Counted from the stretch's first letter, positions 8,525 to 17,901 are shown. The stretch is 32,634 bases of DNA from Xanthobacteraceae bacterium (GCA_035948495.1 DASZJC010000593.1:1-32634), one strand, 5' to 3'. Translations and numbers: made by a program. Notes: generated by a model not told the origin, from the sequence alone.

Positions 8525-9696
8525 GACCGCTCTCCCGCAAACAGCCGCAACAGCTTGGGCCCGATCTGATCGAGCGGGAGCACCGCGGAGCAAACCCCCG
8601 CATGGGCGGCCGCGCCGGGCATGCCCCACACCACGCTGGTCGCCTCGTCCTGGGCAATGACGCTGCCGCCGGCCGCGGCGATGTCGCCGGCCCCATGGGC
8701 GCCGTCCATGCCCATCCCGGTGAGGATCACGGCGAGCGCGGCGCAGCCGTAAACCCGGGCGGCGGAAGCAAACAGCGGGTCCACCGCGGGCCGGCAGAAA
8801 TTGACGAGCGGCCCGTCGTCGAGGGCAATGACGGCCGCCCCGTTGTGCTGGGCGACCCGCATGTGGCGTCCGCCCGGCGCCACGTAGATGGTGCCGGCCT
8901 GGATCGGCTCGCCGTCGGCGGCCTCGCGCGCGGGCCGCTCCGCCGAGCGCGCCAGATGCTCCGCCAGGATGGTGGTGAACATCGGCGGCATGTGCTGGGT
9001 GATCAGCACCGGGACGCCGTCGACGACCGAACCGATGCGCGAAACGATCGCGTTGAGCGCCTGCGGCCCGCCGGTCGAGGAGCCGATCAGCAGGGCGCGG
9101 GGCATGACGGGCGAGAACGGCCGCAGCTTGATCGACGGCGCGACATGGGCGGCAACCGGCCGCTCGAGCGGCGTGCCGATCGGCCGGATCGGTGACACCG
9201 GAACCGCCGCCGGCGCGCGGGCCGCCGGCAGCGCCAGACCCCTGCGCCGCCCGCCGAGCTGGCGAATCTTCTCGATCAGTTCGCGGCGGAACTCGATCGA
9301 GGTCGTGACCCCGCGGTTGGTTTCCGGCTTGGGCACGTAGTCGGCCGCGCCCAAGGCGAGCGCCCGCAAGCTGATCTCGGCGTTTCGCCGCGTGACCGTC
9401 GAGGCCATGATGACCACGAGGTCGCGCTTCTTCTCCAACAGCAGCGGCAGCGCCGAGATGCCGTCGAGCTCGGGCATCTCCACGTCGAGAACGACGACGT
9501 CCGGGTTCGCGCGCTCGATCTGGTTCACCGCGTCGCGGCCGGTGCGCAGGGAGGCGACGACCTCGAAGCCTTCCTCCTCGACCCAGCGCGAGACCAGGCC
9601 GCGCACGACCACCGCGTCATCGACGACCATGACGCGGAGCGGAGGCTGACCGGCGGAGACGGCGGAAACGGCTGGCGCGGCGGCGGCAACGCTCAT
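8521..9696 (-). CDS. cheB: Protein-glutamate methylesterase/response regulator CheB
   Basis: N-terminal receiver ([14 protein letters not shown]...[13 protein letters not shown]) plus a methylesterase domain ([29 protein letters not shown]). Confidence 0.93.
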   Translation of the reverse strand: MSVAAAAPAVSAVSAGQPPLRVMVVDDAVVVRGLVSRWVEEEGFEVVASLRTGRDAVNQIERANPDVVVLDVEMPELDGISALPLLLEKKRDLVVIMASTVTRRNAEISLRALALGAADYVPKPETNRGVTTSIEFRRELIEKIRQLGGRRRGLALPAARAPAAVPVSPIRPIGTPLERPVAAHVAPSIKLRPFSPVMPRALLIGSSTGGPQALNAIVSRIGSVVDGVPVLITQHMPPMFTTILAEHLARSAERPAREAADGEPIQAGTIYVAPGGRHMRVAQHNGAAVIALDDGPLVNFCRPAVDPLFASAARVYGCAALAVILTGMGMDGAHGAGDIAAAGGSVIAQDEATSVVWGMPGAAAHAGVCSAVLPLDQIGPKLLRLFAGERS

Positions 9697-9756
9697 GAAA
9701 CGCGGTACTCGTTACTCGACACGCACGGAGCGACGAAATAAACGGGGCCGGACCCG

Positions 9757-10122
9757 TCAGATCAGTCCCACCTCGTGGAATTTGGCTTCGACGATTTCCT
9801 TGTCGAACGGCTTCATGATGTATTCGTTGGCGCCGGCGTGGAGCGCGCGCGCGATATGCACCACGTCGTTTTCGGTGGTGCAGAACACCACCTTGGGACC
9901 TTCCCCGCCGGGCAGCCGCCGCAGCGCCTTGAGGAACTCGTAGCCGTCCATGACCGGCATGTTCCAATCGAGCAGCACCGCGTCGGGCAGCTGGCGCTGG
10001 CATTGGGCAAGCGCCTGCTGGCCGTCCTCGGCCTCGCTGATCTGAAAGTCGAGCCCTTCGAGTATCCGCCGCGCCACCTTGCGGATCACGCTCGAGTCGT
10101 CAACGACCAAACACGTCTTCAT
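9757..10122 (-). CDS. cheY: Single-domain response regulator CheY
   Basis: MKTCLVVDDSSVIRKVARRILEGL...AVLLDWNMPVMDGYEFL...GANEYIMKPF. ATG at 10122 chosen over the upstream extension of the ORF track. Confidence 0.9.
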   Translation of the reverse strand: MKTCLVVDDSSVIRKVARRILEGLDFQISEAEDGQQALAQCQRQLPDAVLLDWNMPVMDGYEFLKALRRLPGGEGPKVVFCTTENDVVHIARALHAGANEYIMKPFDKEIVEAKFHEVGLI

Positions 10123-10197
10123 ATCGATTCCACCCGTTGCTTCGGCGTTCGTCTTCGCGCCGCCGACGTTCACCTTGCCTTCGACGATCCGACCGCC

Positions 10198-10671
10198 TCA
10201 CGCGGCGAGCGGATCGGCCGCCGTCATTTCCAGCACCCGGTCGACGTCGAGGATCACCAGCAGCTGGCCGTCGAGCCGGTGCACGCCGGCCGAGACCCGC
10301 GCCAGCCGGGCGTCGAGATTGACCGGATTGGCCTCGCGCGTGCCGTCCGCGAGCTTCATCACCTCGCCGACCGTGTCGATCAGCAGCCCATAGGACTCGC
10401 CCTTGAGCTCGATGCCGACGGCCATGGCCGGGCGGCCGTCGCTGCGCGGCGGCATGCCGAGGCGCAGGCGCAGATCGACGGCGGTGACGATGCGGCCGCG
10501 CAGATTGAGCACGCCGGCGATCTCCGGCGGAGCAAGCGGAACCCGCGTCAGCCGGTCCGGCATGAACACGTCCTGCACCCGCGAGATCGGCAGCCCGAAC
10601 AGCTGGCCGTCCAGCATCACGGTCACGTATTCGATGACCGTTTCGTCCGATTTGCCGTTGCCGCTTGCCAT
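10198..10671 (-). CDS. cheW: Chemotaxis coupling protein CheW
   Basis: 157 aa: YVTVMLDGQLFGLPISRVQDVF...IAGVLNLRGRIVTAVDLR...GLLIDTVGEV...LVILDVDRVL. ATG at 10671-10669, 12 nt after the cheA stop. Confidence 0.9.
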   Translation of the reverse strand: MASGNGKSDETVIEYVTVMLDGQLFGLPISRVQDVFMPDRLTRVPLAPPEIAGVLNLRGRIVTAVDLRLRLGMPPRSDGRPAMAVGIELKGESYGLLIDTVGEVMKLADGTREANPVNLDARLARVSAGVHRLDGQLLVILDVDRVLEMTAADPLAA

Positions 10672-10682
10672 GGCCGTTCGCC

Positions 10683-13316
10683 TCACGCCGCCGCGTCCCA
10701 CTCGACGGTGGATTCTTTCAGCGCCGCGATCAGGCCGGGGCGGTCGAACTTGGCGACGAAGTCGTGGAAGCCGGCCTGGCGTCCGCGCTCGATCGTCGCC
10801 GGCGAGGTGACGGCGGAGAGCGCGATGATCGGCACCTGGGCGGTGCGCGCGTCGCGCCGCACCGCTTCGGCAAACTCGAAGCCGTTCATGCCGGGCATCT
10901 CGATGTCGGAGACGATCACGTCGAAGCGCTCGCCCGCCTTGAGCCGCGCCAGCGCCTCGTCGGCCCCGGTCGCGGTGGTGACGTCGTAGCCTGCCGCCTT
11001 GAGCACGGGGGCGAGCATGTTGCGGAAGAAATGGGAATCGTCGACCAGCAGCAGGTTGCGGGTGAGCGCTTCCGCCCGCAGCTCCTTGCGGCGGAACCAG
11101 TCCTCGAACGCGAGCGGCAGGAAATAGCCGACGTCGACGATCTCGGTGGCGTGGCCCTTGACCACCGCCGAGCCGAGCACGCCCGGCACGCTGCTCGTCA
11201 CCTCGATGTCGAGCTTGTCCTCGACGATGTCGACGATCTCGTCGACCGCGAGCCCCATGGAGCGCCCGCTGTCGGAGAACACCAGCAGCGGCTGCGTTCC
11301 CTCGGTGCGGATGCGCGCCGTCTCGTCCACCCGCACCAATGGCATCAGATGGCCGCGATACTGCACGAGATGCCGGCCGTTGGAGAACTCGATCTTCTTG
11401 CAATCGATCTCTTCGAGGCGCGTGACCAACGCGAGCGGCACCGCCTTGAGCTCGGGGGATCCGGCGCGGAACACCAGCATCGATACCGTCTTGGCGGCCG
11501 CCGCGTTGCGCGCTTCGGCCTCCTCCTCGGCGTCCTCGCCCGGCAGCGTCCCGATCGCCTGGGCGATGCCGTTCGGGTCGATGATCATGATCACCGAGCC
11601 GTCGCCCAGGATGGTGTTGCCGGAAAACATGGCGATGTGGCGCAGCTTGGTCGACATCGGCTTGACGACGATTTCCTCGGTGTGGAACACGCCGTCGACC
11701 ACGATGCCGAAGGTCTGGCTGCCGACCTGGGTCACCACGATGAAGCCGTCCGCGGCCTCGCTCGCGCCGCTCTCGGCCATGCGCAGCAGCTTCTTGAGAT
11801 GGACCAGCGGCAGCAGCTTGTTGCGCAGCCGCAGCACCGGGGTGTCCTTGATCCGCTCGATGCGGTGCTCGGAATTGGTCTGCGCCCGCACCAGTTCGAC
11901 GACGGAGAGCTGCGGGACGGCAAACCGCTCGCCGGCCGCTTCGACGATCAGCGCCGATACGATCGCCAGCGTGAGCGGAATCTTGATGGTGAAGCTCGAC
12001 CCCTCGCCCGTCACCGATTTCACGTCGATGGTGCCGCCGATTTGATCGATGTTGGTGCGCACCACGTCCATGCCGACGCCACGGCCGGAGACGCTCGTGA
12101 CCTTGGCGGCGGTCGAGAAGCCCGGCGCGAAGATGAACTTCTGGATCTGCGCCTCGGTCATCTTCTCGACGTCGGCCTCGGAGGCGAGCCCGTTGGCGAC
12201 CGCCTTGGCCTTGATCTTCTCGACGTCGAGGCCGCGCCCGTCGTCGGAGATTTCGATGATGATGTGGCCGCCCTGGTGATAGGCCGAGAGCCGAATGGTT
12301 CCGGTCTCGGCCTTGCCGGCGCGCCGGCGCTCTTCGGGCGTCTCGAGCCCGTGGTCGGCCGAGTTGCGCACCATGTGGGTGAGCGGATCCTTGATCAGGT
12401 CGAGCACCTGGCGGTCGAGCTCGGTTTCGGCGCCGTGCATTTCAAGCTCGATCTCCTTGCCGAGCTCGGTCGCGAGGTCGCGTACGACGCGCGGCAGTTT
12501 CTGCCAGGCGTTGCCGATCGGCTGCATGCGCGTCTTCATGACGCCTTCCTGCAGCTCCGCGGTCACGTTGGAGAGCCGTTGCAGCGGCACCTTGAACTCG
12601 GAGTCCTCGTGCCGGCGCACGATCTCGAGCAGCTGGTTGCGGCTGAGCACCAGCTCGGACACCATGGTCATCAGGTGTTCGAGCGTCTCGACGTTGACCC
12701 GGATCGACTGGCTCGCGATCTTGCTGTCGGCCTTGCCGTCTTCGCCGGCCTCGTCTTTGGGCTCGCGCCGCGGAGCCGGGGGCGGGGAGGGCGGGTTGGC
12801 CGGCGGCCGCGCGGGACCGGCGGTTTCCCGGAATGCGCGCTCGAGTTCGTCCAGCGACACCTCGCCCGGACGCAGCGGGCGCTCCAGCACCTGGTAGACC
12901 AGCGAGCCCGTGGAGACGGCAGGTTTCGCCTCGGCGGCCGCGCCTTGCACGGCCATGCGCTCGAGCCCGTCGATCAGGTCACGGTCGGCGCCGGCCGGCT
13001 CCTGCTGGTTGCGCTCGAGGTCGCCGAGGATCTCCTTGATCCGGTCGATCGTGAACAAGACGAGCGTGACCGCTTCGCCGGTGACCGGCACGCCGTCGCG
13101 GAACCTGCCCATGAGGGTCTCGGCGGCGTGCGCCAGCGCCTCGAGGCGCGGCAGGCTAAGAAACCCGCACGTCCCCTTGATGGTGTGGACGAGGCGGAAA
13201 ATGTTGTCGAGAATTTTGGCGTTGTTGGGTTCCTGCTCGAAACGGACAAGCTGGACGTCGACGACGTCGAGACTCTCGTTCGTCTCGGTGAGGAACTCGC
13301 GCAGCAGATCGTCCAT
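10683..13316 (-). CDS. cheA: Hybrid chemotaxis histidine kinase CheA with C-terminal receiver domain
   Basis: HPt (FRLVHTIKGTCGFL), dimerisation and HATPase regions (DPLTHMVRNSADHG, DDGRGLD, GRGVGMDVV), a CheW-like P5, then a receiver (LLLVDDSHFFRNML...FDVIVSDIEMPGMNGFEF...VAKF). Confidence 0.95.
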   Translation of the reverse strand: MDDLLREFLTETNESLDVVDVQLVRFEQEPNNAKILDNIFRLVHTIKGTCGFLSLPRLEALAHAAETLMGRFRDGVPVTGEAVTLVLFTIDRIKEILGDLERNQQEPAGADRDLIDGLERMAVQGAAAEAKPAVSTGSLVYQVLERPLRPGEVSLDELERAFRETAGPARPPANPPSPPPAPRREPKDEAGEDGKADSKIASQSIRVNVETLEHLMTMVSELVLSRNQLLEIVRRHEDSEFKVPLQRLSNVTAELQEGVMKTRMQPIGNAWQKLPRVVRDLATELGKEIELEMHGAETELDRQVLDLIKDPLTHMVRNSADHGLETPEERRRAGKAETGTIRLSAYHQGGHIIIEISDDGRGLDVEKIKAKAVANGLASEADVEKMTEAQIQKFIFAPGFSTAAKVTSVSGRGVGMDVVRTNIDQIGGTIDVKSVTGEGSSFTIKIPLTLAIVSALIVEAAGERFAVPQLSVVELVRAQTNSEHRIERIKDTPVLRLRNKLLPLVHLKKLLRMAESGASEAADGFIVVTQVGSQTFGIVVDGVFHTEEIVVKPMSTKLRHIAMFSGNTILGDGSVIMIIDPNGIAQAIGTLPGEDAEEEAEARNAAAAKTVSMLVFRAGSPELKAVPLALVTRLEEIDCKKIEFSNGRHLVQYRGHLMPLVRVDETARIRTEGTQPLLVFSDSGRSMGLAVDEIVDIVEDKLDIEVTSSVPGVLGSAVVKGHATEIVDVGYFLPLAFEDWFRRKELRAEALTRNLLLVDDSHFFRNMLAPVLKAAGYDVTTATGADEALARLKAGERFDVIVSDIEMPGMNGFEFAEAVRRDARTAQVPIIALSAVTSPATIERGRQAGFHDFVAKFDRPGLIAALKESTVEWDAAA

Positions 13317-13444
13317 GGACAGGACCTTGGCCTACAGGTACGCGCAAACATGCCAGGGGCCTGCGCGGGCCCATTTTTCGCTGCCCAGTGTGTGGGCAAA
13401 CCCTTTAAGATTGGTTGCCTGGCGGCCGTTAAACGGGCGGATCG

Positions 13445-13463
13445 GCGCCGGCGGGGCCGGCGC
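13445..13463 (-). terminator. GC hairpin between chpT and cheA (possible attenuator or terminator, no U-tract)
   Basis: GCGCCGGC-ggg-GCCGGCGC, 36 nt downstream of the chpT stop on the minus strand. Confidence 0.25.
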
Positions 13464-13498
13464 CGCAAACCCGCGCAATTCAAGGGTTTCGTCGGCGC

Positions 13499-14137
13499 TC
13501 AGGCGGCGGTGACGACGATCCGGTCACCATCGGGCGCGAGCGTCACGCCGAGCCCGCAGCTGCGCGCCAACAGGCCGGTGTAGAACGGCTGGATGGCGTG
13601 GGAATCGACCGCGTGCCCGTCGGGCTCGCCGGCGACGAGTCCCGGGATCGCCTGCGGAATGCGGGCGTTGAGGCCGGCCGCGCTGATGCGAAAACCCATG
13701 GCCTGCCCCTCGCCGACCGGATCGACCGTCAAAGTCCCGCCGCGCGGAATCGTTTGCCCCGCCAGCAGCAGGAGGTTGAGCAGCAGCTTGACCCGATTCT
13801 TCGGCAGCAGCTCGCGCGGCAGGTTCCACTGCAGGCGCGTCTTGCCGTCCTCGAGAAAGCCGCGCGCGACCCCCTGGGCATCGCCGAGATCGATCGCCGC
13901 GCCGGCCGAGCCCGCGGCCCCGAACGCCAGCCGGCAGAATTGCAGGCGCGCCGAGGCCTGCTGGGCGCTCTTCTTGATGAGGTCGAGCGCGAACGTCTTC
14001 GTTTCCTCGTCCTTGTCCTCCTCGAGCACTTCGAGGCCGTTCACCACTGCGCCGACCGGACTGATGAGATCGTGGCAGACGCGCGAGCACAGCAGCGCGG
14101 CGAGATCGAGGGCTTCGAGGGTGACGGGGCCGGCCAT
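13499..14137 (-). CDS. chpT: Histidine phosphotransferase ChpT (CckA-ChpT-CtrA/CpdR relay)
   Basis: 212 aa from ATG 14137 (GGAG RBS). LLCSRVCHDLISPVGAVVNGLEVLEED and LQFCRLAFGAAGS match the H-box region of Caulobacter ChpT as I recall it. The longer ORF-track start adds an Arg-rich non-protein-like extension. Confidence 0.8.
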   Translation of the reverse strand: MAGPVTLEALDLAALLCSRVCHDLISPVGAVVNGLEVLEEDKDEETKTFALDLIKKSAQQASARLQFCRLAFGAAGSAGAAIDLGDAQGVARGFLEDGKTRLQWNLPRELLPKNRVKLLLNLLLLAGQTIPRGGTLTVDPVGEGQAMGFRISAAGLNARIPQAIPGLVAGEPDGHAVDSHAIQPFYTGLLARSCGLGVTLAPDGDRIVVTAA

Positions 14138-14220
14138 GACAAAGTCTCCGACGGGGGCCGTGACGCCTTGCGTATCGCCGCGACATCTGTGACGTCGCCG
14201 ATCGCCGCGACGCCGGGTGC

Positions 14221-15135
14221 GTGTCCGCGGCGGCTGACCGTGATACACCGCACCGATTCGACCCGCCAAGGCAACGGACGAGCCGCGTGACCGGCGATCA
14301 TCCTGTCGGCGGCCTGAAGGCCCCGGCCGCGTCCCTCATCGATGACCTCACCGCGATCGTCTCGCGGGCGGCGGCGGCCATCCGGCAGGTCGCCCCGCAA
14401 GCGGCGAAGCGGCGTATGAAGGCCGACCGCTCTCCGGTCACCGACGCCGACGAAGCGGCCGAAGCGGTGATCCTCGATGGGCTGGCGCGGCTCATGCCCG
14501 GGGTGCCGGTCGTGTCCGAGGAAGCCTGCGCGCGCGCGGCGCATCCGCGGCTTGGTGCCTCCTTCATCCTGGTCGACCCTCTGGACGGCACCCGTGAGTT
14601 TCTCGCCGGCCTGGACGAGTTCACTGTCAACCTCGCGATCGTCGTCGACGGCGTGCCGGAGATCGGGATCATTGCCGCGCCGGCGCACGGGCGCGTCTGG
14701 CGCGGCGCGATCGGGCGCGGCGGCGAACGGTTCGACCTCGCGCCCGGCGCCTCGCCGGCCGCGGCGCGCGACATGACTCCGTTGCGCCCGCGGCGACGGC
14801 CGGCCCGCGGTCTCGTCGCCGCGGTCAGCCGGTCGCATCTCGACCCGCGCACCGCAGCCTTCGTGGCGGGCCTGCCCCACGCCGCGCAAATGGTGTGCGG
14901 CTCATCGCTCAAATTTTGCCGCCTCGCCGAGGGCAGCGCCGACGTCTATCCGCGGCTCGCGCCGACCCGCGAATGGGACATTGCGGCCGGGCATGCGTTG
15001 CTGGCGGCAAGCGGCGGCGCCGTAACGGCGCCCGACGGCACCGTCCTCGCCTACGGACGGACCGCCGAGGACTTCCGCGTTCCCGGGTTCGTGGCCTGGG
15101 CGGATCCGGCCGCCGCGGCGGCGATCACCGCATGA
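14221..15135 (+). CDS. cysQ: 3'(2'),5'-bisphosphate nucleotidase CysQ (inositol monophosphatase family)
   Basis: SPVTDADEAAEAVILDGL, LVDPLDGTREF and WDIAAGHALL motifs. 14221 is a GTG. An alternative GTG at 14287 (VTGDHPVGG...) gives a more typical N-terminus. Confidence 0.8.
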   Translation: MSAAADRDTPHRFDPPRQRTSRVTGDHPVGGLKAPAASLIDDLTAIVSRAAAAIRQVAPQAAKRRMKADRSPVTDADEAAEAVILDGLARLMPGVPVVSEEACARAAHPRLGASFILVDPLDGTREFLAGLDEFTVNLAIVVDGVPEIGIIAAPAHGRVWRGAIGRGGERFDLAPGASPAAARDMTPLRPRRRPARGLVAAVSRSHLDPRTAAFVAGLPHAAQMVCGSSLKFCRLAEGSADVYPRLAPTREWDIAAGHALLAASGGAVTAPDGTVLAYGRTAEDFRVPGFVAWADPAAAAAITA

Positions 15136-15154
15136 GGTCGGGCGCAGGCGGGCG

Positions 15155-15661
15155 TCAGGGCACGAGGGTCTTGAGCAGTTCCGGCCATTTCGCCTGCGCG
15201 GCGGCAAGCAGTTCATCGGGGTCGGCCGCGAAGGCGTCGCGCGTTGCGAGGGTCTCGAACAGGTGGAGCCGGCGGTGCGTCACCAGCCAATATTGCGGAT
15301 TACCAGGAACGGCGACCCCGCGCGCCACCGCGAGAACGTCGTAGCCGCCGAACCTCGGCATGTAGACATCCGGGCGGTCGATGAACGCTGCGCGGTTGCC
15401 TTCGTTGCGGAAGCGCCAGACCGCTCCGGCAAACGACAATTCAAGCTCCGGCCGGCCGGCCAGCGGCCTCGAGTCGGTGAAATAGGCCACCGGGTCGAAG
15501 CCGTAGAGAGCAAGCCCGGTATGCCGGTCGACGACCAGCCGCTCGGTCGTCGCCGCGCCCGCCGGCCGCCAGTCGAAGCATGCCGGCAACCCGAGGATCA
15601 GCCCCAGCCCGAGCGCCGCCGGCCCGATTGGCGACTTCCATCGGCGCCGCGCTGCCGTCAT
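15155..15661 (-). CDS. Secreted YHS-domain family protein
   Basis: Signal peptide (MTAARRRWKSPIGPAALGLGLILGLPAC), then LALYGFDPVAYF...AVWRFRNEGNRAAFIDRPDVYMPRFGGY, typical of YHS-like periplasmic proteins. Family call is from memory. Confidence 0.6.
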   Translation of the reverse strand: MTAARRRWKSPIGPAALGLGLILGLPACFDWRPAGAATTERLVVDRHTGLALYGFDPVAYFTDSRPLAGRPELELSFAGAVWRFRNEGNRAAFIDRPDVYMPRFGGYDVLAVARGVAVPGNPQYWLVTHRRLHLFETLATRDAFAADPDELLAAAQAKWPELLKTLVP

Positions 15662-15774
15662 AGTTGCTGCCCAGGATTGATTCGGATGTCGGGCGGATGC
15701 CCCCCCGGTCGGGCGGTCCTACGCCATCCCGGTATGCAATGGGTTAAGCGGGATATCATCCTCGAGGGGGTTCT

Positions 15775-16386
15775 ATGCGCGCCGCCTTCCGCAGCCTCGG
15801 TCTGCTTCTTCTTCTCTTGCTCGGCCTGAACGGCTCGCCCGCCTTGGCCCAGCCGGCCCCGGTCCAGCCGGCCCCAGCCCCGCAGGCTGCCCCGCCGCCC
15901 GGCGACACCTTCTTGCCCGGCGAACTTGTCGCTGCCGGTCACCACTTCTTCGGCGGCGTCTCGCGCGGGCTTGCCACCATCATCGAGAAGGCTGTGAGCC
16001 AATGGGGCCTGCCCAACGGCTATGTTCTCGGCCAGGAGGGCAGCGGCGCGGTCGTGGTCGGCGCCCGCTACGGCGAGGGCGTGCTCTATACGAAGAACGC
16101 GGGCGACCTGAAGGTATTCTGGCAAGGCCCGTCGCTCGGTTGGGATTTCGGCGGTGAAGGCGCCCGCACCATGATGCTGATCTACAATCTGCCGGCCACC
16201 GGTGCGATCTACCAGCATTTCGCCGGGGTCGACGGATCGGCCTATTTCATCGGTGGGTTCGGCATGACGGTGCTGACGGCGAACCATATCGTCGTCATCC
16301 CGATCCGCTCCGGCGTCGGGGTGCGGCTCGGCGCCAACGTCGGCTACCTCAAATTCACCGACCACGCGACCTGGAACCCGTTCTGA
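15775..16386 (+). CDS. DUF1134-family periplasmic protein (EipA-like)
   Basis: Signal peptide ending ALAQP, a Pro/Ala-rich spacer, then a Gly-rich beta-type domain (GYVLGQEGSGAVVVGARYGEGVLY...GPSLGWDFGGEGARTMMLIYNL...GSAYFIGGFGMTVL), as in DUF1134. Confidence 0.75.
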   Translation: MRAAFRSLGLLLLLLLGLNGSPALAQPAPVQPAPAPQAAPPPGDTFLPGELVAAGHHFFGGVSRGLATIIEKAVSQWGLPNGYVLGQEGSGAVVVGARYGEGVLYTKNAGDLKVFWQGPSLGWDFGGEGARTMMLIYNLPATGAIYQHFAGVDGSAYFIGGFGMTVLTANHIVVIPIRSGVGVRLGANVGYLKFTDHATWNPF

Positions 16387-16470
16387 ACCCCGGTTCGGCC
16401 GCCGATTCACGCTGACCATTGAGGAAGCTGGAAGTCGCGCCGGCCGCGTGGCATGGTGCGCGCTCCGCCA

Positions 16471-16582
16471 GCGCGGAATGCCATTCGTCATTCCGCGCCA
16501 GCTTATTGTCGGAGCATGATGTTTCGAAAACCGGTGCGCCACCCCGGATCAAGTCCGGGGCAGGCTTTTCGGCATCATGCTC
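16471..16582. repeat. Composite REP/MITE-like structured repeat
   Basis: Hairpin GCGCGGAATG/CATTCCGCGC (16471-16498). Outer 10-bp inverted repeat GAGCATGATG (16512-16521)/CATCATGCTC (16573-16582) encloses hairpin CCCCGGAtcaagTCCGGGG (16542-16560). Positions 16542-16566 recur exactly, inverted, at 30987-31011. Confidence 0.7.
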
Positions 16583-16610
16583 TAGCCAACCGGGTCGGAG
16601 GCGTTTGTCC

Positions 16611-17873
16611 ATGATCGAGCCGATCATGTATTTCGGGCTCGGCTTTCTGGCCGCGAGCCTCCTCGCGCTCATCATCATGCCGTTCGTTCACGGCCGTGCC
16701 GAACGGCTCACGACGCGCCGGCTGGAGGCGGCGATTCCGGTGTCGATGGCGGAAATCCAGGCGGACAAGGACCAGCTGCGCGCCGAGTTCGCGATGTCCA
16801 CGCGCCGGCTGGAGATGAGCGTCGACCAGCTCAAGCGCAAAACCACGGGCCAGCTCGCCGAGCTCGGCAAGAAGGCCGACGCCATCAACCAGCTCAAGGC
16901 CGAGGTCGGGGAAAAGACCGCCACGATTTTCGCGCTCGAGGCGCGCGAGAAGACCTTCAAGGACCAGTTGCACGCGACCGAGGACGAGCTTGCGGTCAAG
17001 ACCGACGCGCTGCGCGAAGCCGAACGGGCGCTGGCCGACAAGCAGGCCGAGCTTGCGCGCCTGACCGGGAGCCTCGACGACCGGGCAGTGACCTCGGACA
17101 GCCAGCGCGTCGAGATCGTGGCGCTGAAAACTCAGGTCGACGCCCTCACGCACCAGGTCGCCGACCTGGAAAAGGCGGTCAAGGAGACCGAGGGGCGGCT
17201 CGAACAGGAACGGCGCGCGGCCGAAGCCGCCGCCAAAGAACTGGCGCTGGAGCGCGGACAGGTGGAGAAGCTCGCCGAGCGCGTCGGCCAGCTGGAGCAC
17301 CAGTTGGCGGTGCAGACCACCGAGGCCGAGATTCTCGGCCGGCGCGTCGCCGAGCTTGAGATGCGCCTTGCCGAGCAGGCCCGGATGCTAGGCGAGCGCG
17401 AACGCGAGCGCGACCAGCTGCGGCTCGATCTCGACGCCGCGCGCCGGATCGAAGCGGATCTGCGCCAGGAGCTGGGGAGCGTCGATCGGCGCCACGGCGC
17501 CACAACCGATGCTCTCGCCTCGGAGAAGGCGTCGGTCGAGGCCCAGCTCGACCAGGCGCGCGAGGATCGCGCCAAGCTGCAGCGCGAGGTCGCCGCCATG
17601 AAGCGCGAGGCGGAAACCTCGTGGGCGGCCGAGCGGGTCGAGAACGCGCTGTTGCGCGAGCGCATCAACGACGTGGCGGCGGAGGTCGTACGCCTCACGT
17701 CGGTTGTCGAGGGACCGGGCTCCCGCATCGACACCATCCTCGCGGAAACCGAAGCGCCGTCGGGCGCCGTGAACGGCTCGCCCCAGTCGGCCGGCGAGGA
17801 AACCCGCGGCAGCCTCGCCGACCGCATCCGCGCGCTGCAGAGCCGCGCATCCCGGCTCTCGCCGGCGCGGTGA
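16611..17873 (+). CDS. Membrane-anchored coiled-coil protein (420 aa), function unknown
   Basis: ATG at 16611 with GGAGG 9 nt upstream. N-terminal TM (IMYFGLGFLAASLLALIIMPFV) followed by about 350 aa of heptad-like E/R/L/A/Q-rich sequence. The ORF-track start at 16419 runs through the REP element. Confidence 0.7.
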   Translation: MIEPIMYFGLGFLAASLLALIIMPFVHGRAERLTTRRLEAAIPVSMAEIQADKDQLRAEFAMSTRRLEMSVDQLKRKTTGQLAELGKKADAINQLKAEVGEKTATIFALEAREKTFKDQLHATEDELAVKTDALREAERALADKQAELARLTGSLDDRAVTSDSQRVEIVALKTQVDALTHQVADLEKAVKETEGRLEQERRAAEAAAKELALERGQVEKLAERVGQLEHQLAVQTTEAEILGRRVAELEMRLAEQARMLGERERERDQLRLDLDAARRIEADLRQELGSVDRRHGATTDALASEKASVEAQLDQAREDRAKLQREVAAMKREAETSWAAERVENALLRERINDVAAEVVRLTSVVEGPGSRIDTILAETEAPSGAVNGSPQSAGEETRGSLADRIRALQSRASRLSPAR

Positions 17874-17901
17874 AAGCGCCGCGAGCCCGTGCGGGCGCGC
17901 G

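Noticed and set aside
13344-13355. Sigma-54-like TGGCATGTTTGC (minus strand) upstream of cheA.
   Set aside because: The spacing between GG and GC does not fit the GG-N10-GC rule, so it is not a credible -24/-12 promoter.
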